Shown in pieces: positions 61,501 to 64,000 of a stretch of DNA of 64,000 bases; positions within the stretch are counted from its first letter, which is position 1; the number at the start of each line of letters is the position of its first letter. The position numbers were made by a program, and so were the translations under genes. The stretch is from Eledone cirrhosa (taxonomy: Eukaryota): positions 46,748,001 through 46,812,000 of the forward strand of contig OZ024740.1 of assembly GCA_964016885.1 (NCBI GenBank), in the 5' to 3' direction. The notes under the pieces are model-generated. The model was not told the origin of the DNA, made no database searches, and saw nothing but the letters and a program-made list of their open reading frames with translations.

Positions 61501-64000
61501 AGGAAGAAAGGTAGGAACGATTCAGGGAAGGAATGGGGGAATGAAGGAAAGCAGGAAGGAAGCTAGGAAGGATTTTTAGGGAAGGAATGGGGGAATAAAG
61601 GAAAGTAGGAAGGAAGGTAGGAAGGATTCAGGGAAGGAATGGGGGAATGAAGGAAAGTAAGAAGAAAGGTAGGAAGGATTCAGGGAAGGAATGGGGGAAT
61701 GAAGGAAAGTAGGAAGGAAGGTAGGTAGGATTAAGGGAAGGAATGGGAGAATGAAGGAAAGTAGGAAGGAAGAAAGGTAGGAAGGATTCAGGGAAGGAAT
61801 GTGGGAATAAAGGAAAGTAGGAAGGAAGGTAGGTAGGATTCAGGGAAGGAATGGGGGAATGAAGGAAAGTAGGAAGAAAGGTAGGTAGGATTCAGGGAAG
61901 GAATGGGGGAATGAAGGAAAGTAGGAAGGAAGGTAGGAAGGATTCAGGGAAGGAATGGGGAATGAAGGAAAGTAGGAAGAAAGGTAGGAAGGATTCAGGG
62001 AACGAATGGGGGAATGAAGGAAAGTAGGAAGGAAGGTAGGTAGGATTCAGGGAAGGAATGGGGGAATGAAGGAAAGTAGGAAGAAAGGCAGGTAGGATTC
62101 AGGGAAGGAATGAGGGAATGAAGGAAAGCAGGAGGGAAGGTAGGAAGGATTCAGGGAAGGAATGGGGGAATGAAGGAAGGTAGGAAGTATTCAGGGAAGG
62201 AATGGGGGAATGAAGGAAAACAGGAAGGAAGGTAGGAAGGATTCAGGGAAGGAATGGGGGAATGAAGGAAGGTAGGAAGGATTCAGGGAAGGAATGGCTG
62301 AATGAAGGAAAGTTCTAAGGAAGGTAGGAAGGATTCAGGAAAGGAATTGGGGAATGAAGGAAAGTAGGAAGGAAGGTAAGAAGGATTCAGGGAAGGAATG
62401 GGGGAATGAAGGAAAGTAGGAAGGAAGGTAGGAAGGATTCAGGGAAGGAATGAGGGAATGAAGGAAAGTAGGAAGGAAGGTAAGAAAGATTCAGGGAAGG
62501 AATGGGGGAATGAAGGAGAGTGGGAAGAAAGGTAGGAAGGATTCAGGGAAGGAATGGTAGAATGAAGGAAAGTAGGAAGGAAGGTTGGAAGGATTCAGGG
62601 AAGGAATGGGGGAATGAAAAAGTAGGAAGGAAGGTAAGAAGGAATCAGGGAAGGAATGTGGAATGAAGGAAAGTAGGAACGTAGGTAGGATGGATTCAGG
62701 GAAGGAATGGGGGAATGAAGGAAAGTAGGAAGGAAGGTAGGAAGGATTCAGGGAAGGAATGGGGGAATGAAAGAAAGCAGGAAGGAAGGTAGGAAGGATT
62801 CAGGGAAGGAAAGCAGGGAGGAAGGTAGGAAGGATTCAGGGAAGGAATGGAGGAATGAAGGAAAGTAGGAAGAAAGGTAGGAATGATTTTGGGAAGGAAT
62901 GGGGGAATGAAGGAAAGTAGGAAGGAAGGATTCAGGGAAGGAATGGGGGAATGAAGGAAAGTAGGAAGGAAGAAGGAAGGTAGGAAGGATTCAGGTAAGG
63001 AATGGGGGAATGAAGGAAAGTAGGAAGGATTCAGGGAAGGATTCAGGGAAGGAATGGGGGAATGAAGGAAAGTAGGAAGGAAGGTAGGAAGGATTCAGGG
63101 AAGGAATGGGGGAATGAAGGAAAGTAGGAAGGAAGGTAGGAAGGATTCAGGGAAGGAATGGGGGAATGAAGGAAAGTAGGAAGGAAGGTAGGACGGATTC
63201 AGGGAAGGAATGGGGGAATGAAGAAAAGTAGGGAGGAAGGTAGGAAGGATTCAGGGAAGGAATGGGGAAATGAAGGAAAGTAGGAAGGAAGGTAGGTAGG
63301 ATTCAGAGAAGGAATGGGGGAATGAAGGAAAGAAGGAAGGAAGGTAGGAAGGATTCAGGGATTGAATGGGGGAATGAAGGAAAGCTGGAAGGAAGGTAGG
63401 AAGGATTTAGGGAAGGAATGGGGGAATGAAGGAAAGTAGGAAGAAAGGTAGGAAGGATTTAGGGAAAGAATGGGGGAATGAAGGAAAGCAGGAAGGAAGG
63501 TAGGAAGGATTTAGGGAAGGAATGGGGGAATGAAGGAAAGTAGGAAGAAAGGTAGGAAGGATTCAGGGAAGGAATGGGGGAATGAAGGAAAGCAGGAAGG
63601 AAGGTAGGAAGGATTCAGGGAAGGAATGGGGAATGAAGGAAAGTAGGAAGAAAGGTAGGAAGGATTTAGGGAAAGAATGGGGGAATGAAGGAAAGCAGGA
63701 AGGAAGGTAGGAAGGATTTAGGGAAGGAATGGGGGAATGAAGGAAAGTAGGAATGAAGGTAGGAAGGATTCAGGGAAGGAATGTGGGAATGAAGGAAAGT
63801 AGGAAGAAAGGTAGGAAGGATTCAGGGAAGGAATGGGGGAATGAAGGAAAGTAGGTAGGAAGGTAGGTAGGATTCAGGGAAGGAATGGGGAATGAAGGAA
63901 AGTAGGAAGGAAGGTAGGTAGGATTCAGGGAAGGAATGGGGGAATAAAGGAAAGTAAGAAGGAAGGTAGGTAGGATTCAGGGAAGGAATTCGGAATGAAG
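52560..64000. repeat. 52-bp purine-rich tandem satellite (~220 units, runs off the window)
   Basis: Consensus GGAAGGAAGGTAGGAAGGATTCAGGGAAGGAATGGGGGAATGAAGGAAAGTA; period checked (ATTCAGGG at 52591 and 52643). Confidence 0.97.

Noticed and set aside
52560-64000. CRISPR-like or telomeric array
   Set aside because: Units are contiguous with no unique spacers, the context is eukaryotic with no cas genes, and TTAGGG appears only as sporadic variants.

Overview
AT-rich, microsatellite- and SINE-rich eukaryotic DNA; the repeat families and intron style suggest an octopod cephalopod (inference). The minus strand holds a complete 20-exon ABCF1 gene (30509 to 7157). I traced all GT-AG junctions and phases by hand, giving 2490 nt and 829 aa. 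The minus strand also holds the first coding exon of a mitochondrial medium-chain acyl-CoA synthetase (ACSM-like) that continues off the left edge. Introns and intergenic DNA contain tRNA-derived SINEs, RTE, R4/Dong and CRE-like LINE fragments, piggyBac, Tc1/pogo and hAT-type MITEs, and two Helentron/HINE-like elements. The last ~11.4 kb is a purine-rich 52-bp satellite with ~3-3.4 kb higher-order structure. The most notable observation is a set of six type-I hammerhead-ribozyme-like motifs of Penelope/retrozyme style, several with a long stem II and a palindromic stem III. Also notable are a decayed copy of ABCF1 exon 8 inside its own intron 4, several long hairpins and inverted duplications, and a probable decayed multi-exon gene at ~37.3-41.8 kb. 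Most ORFs in the supplied track are spurious or repeat-derived. No database searches were run.
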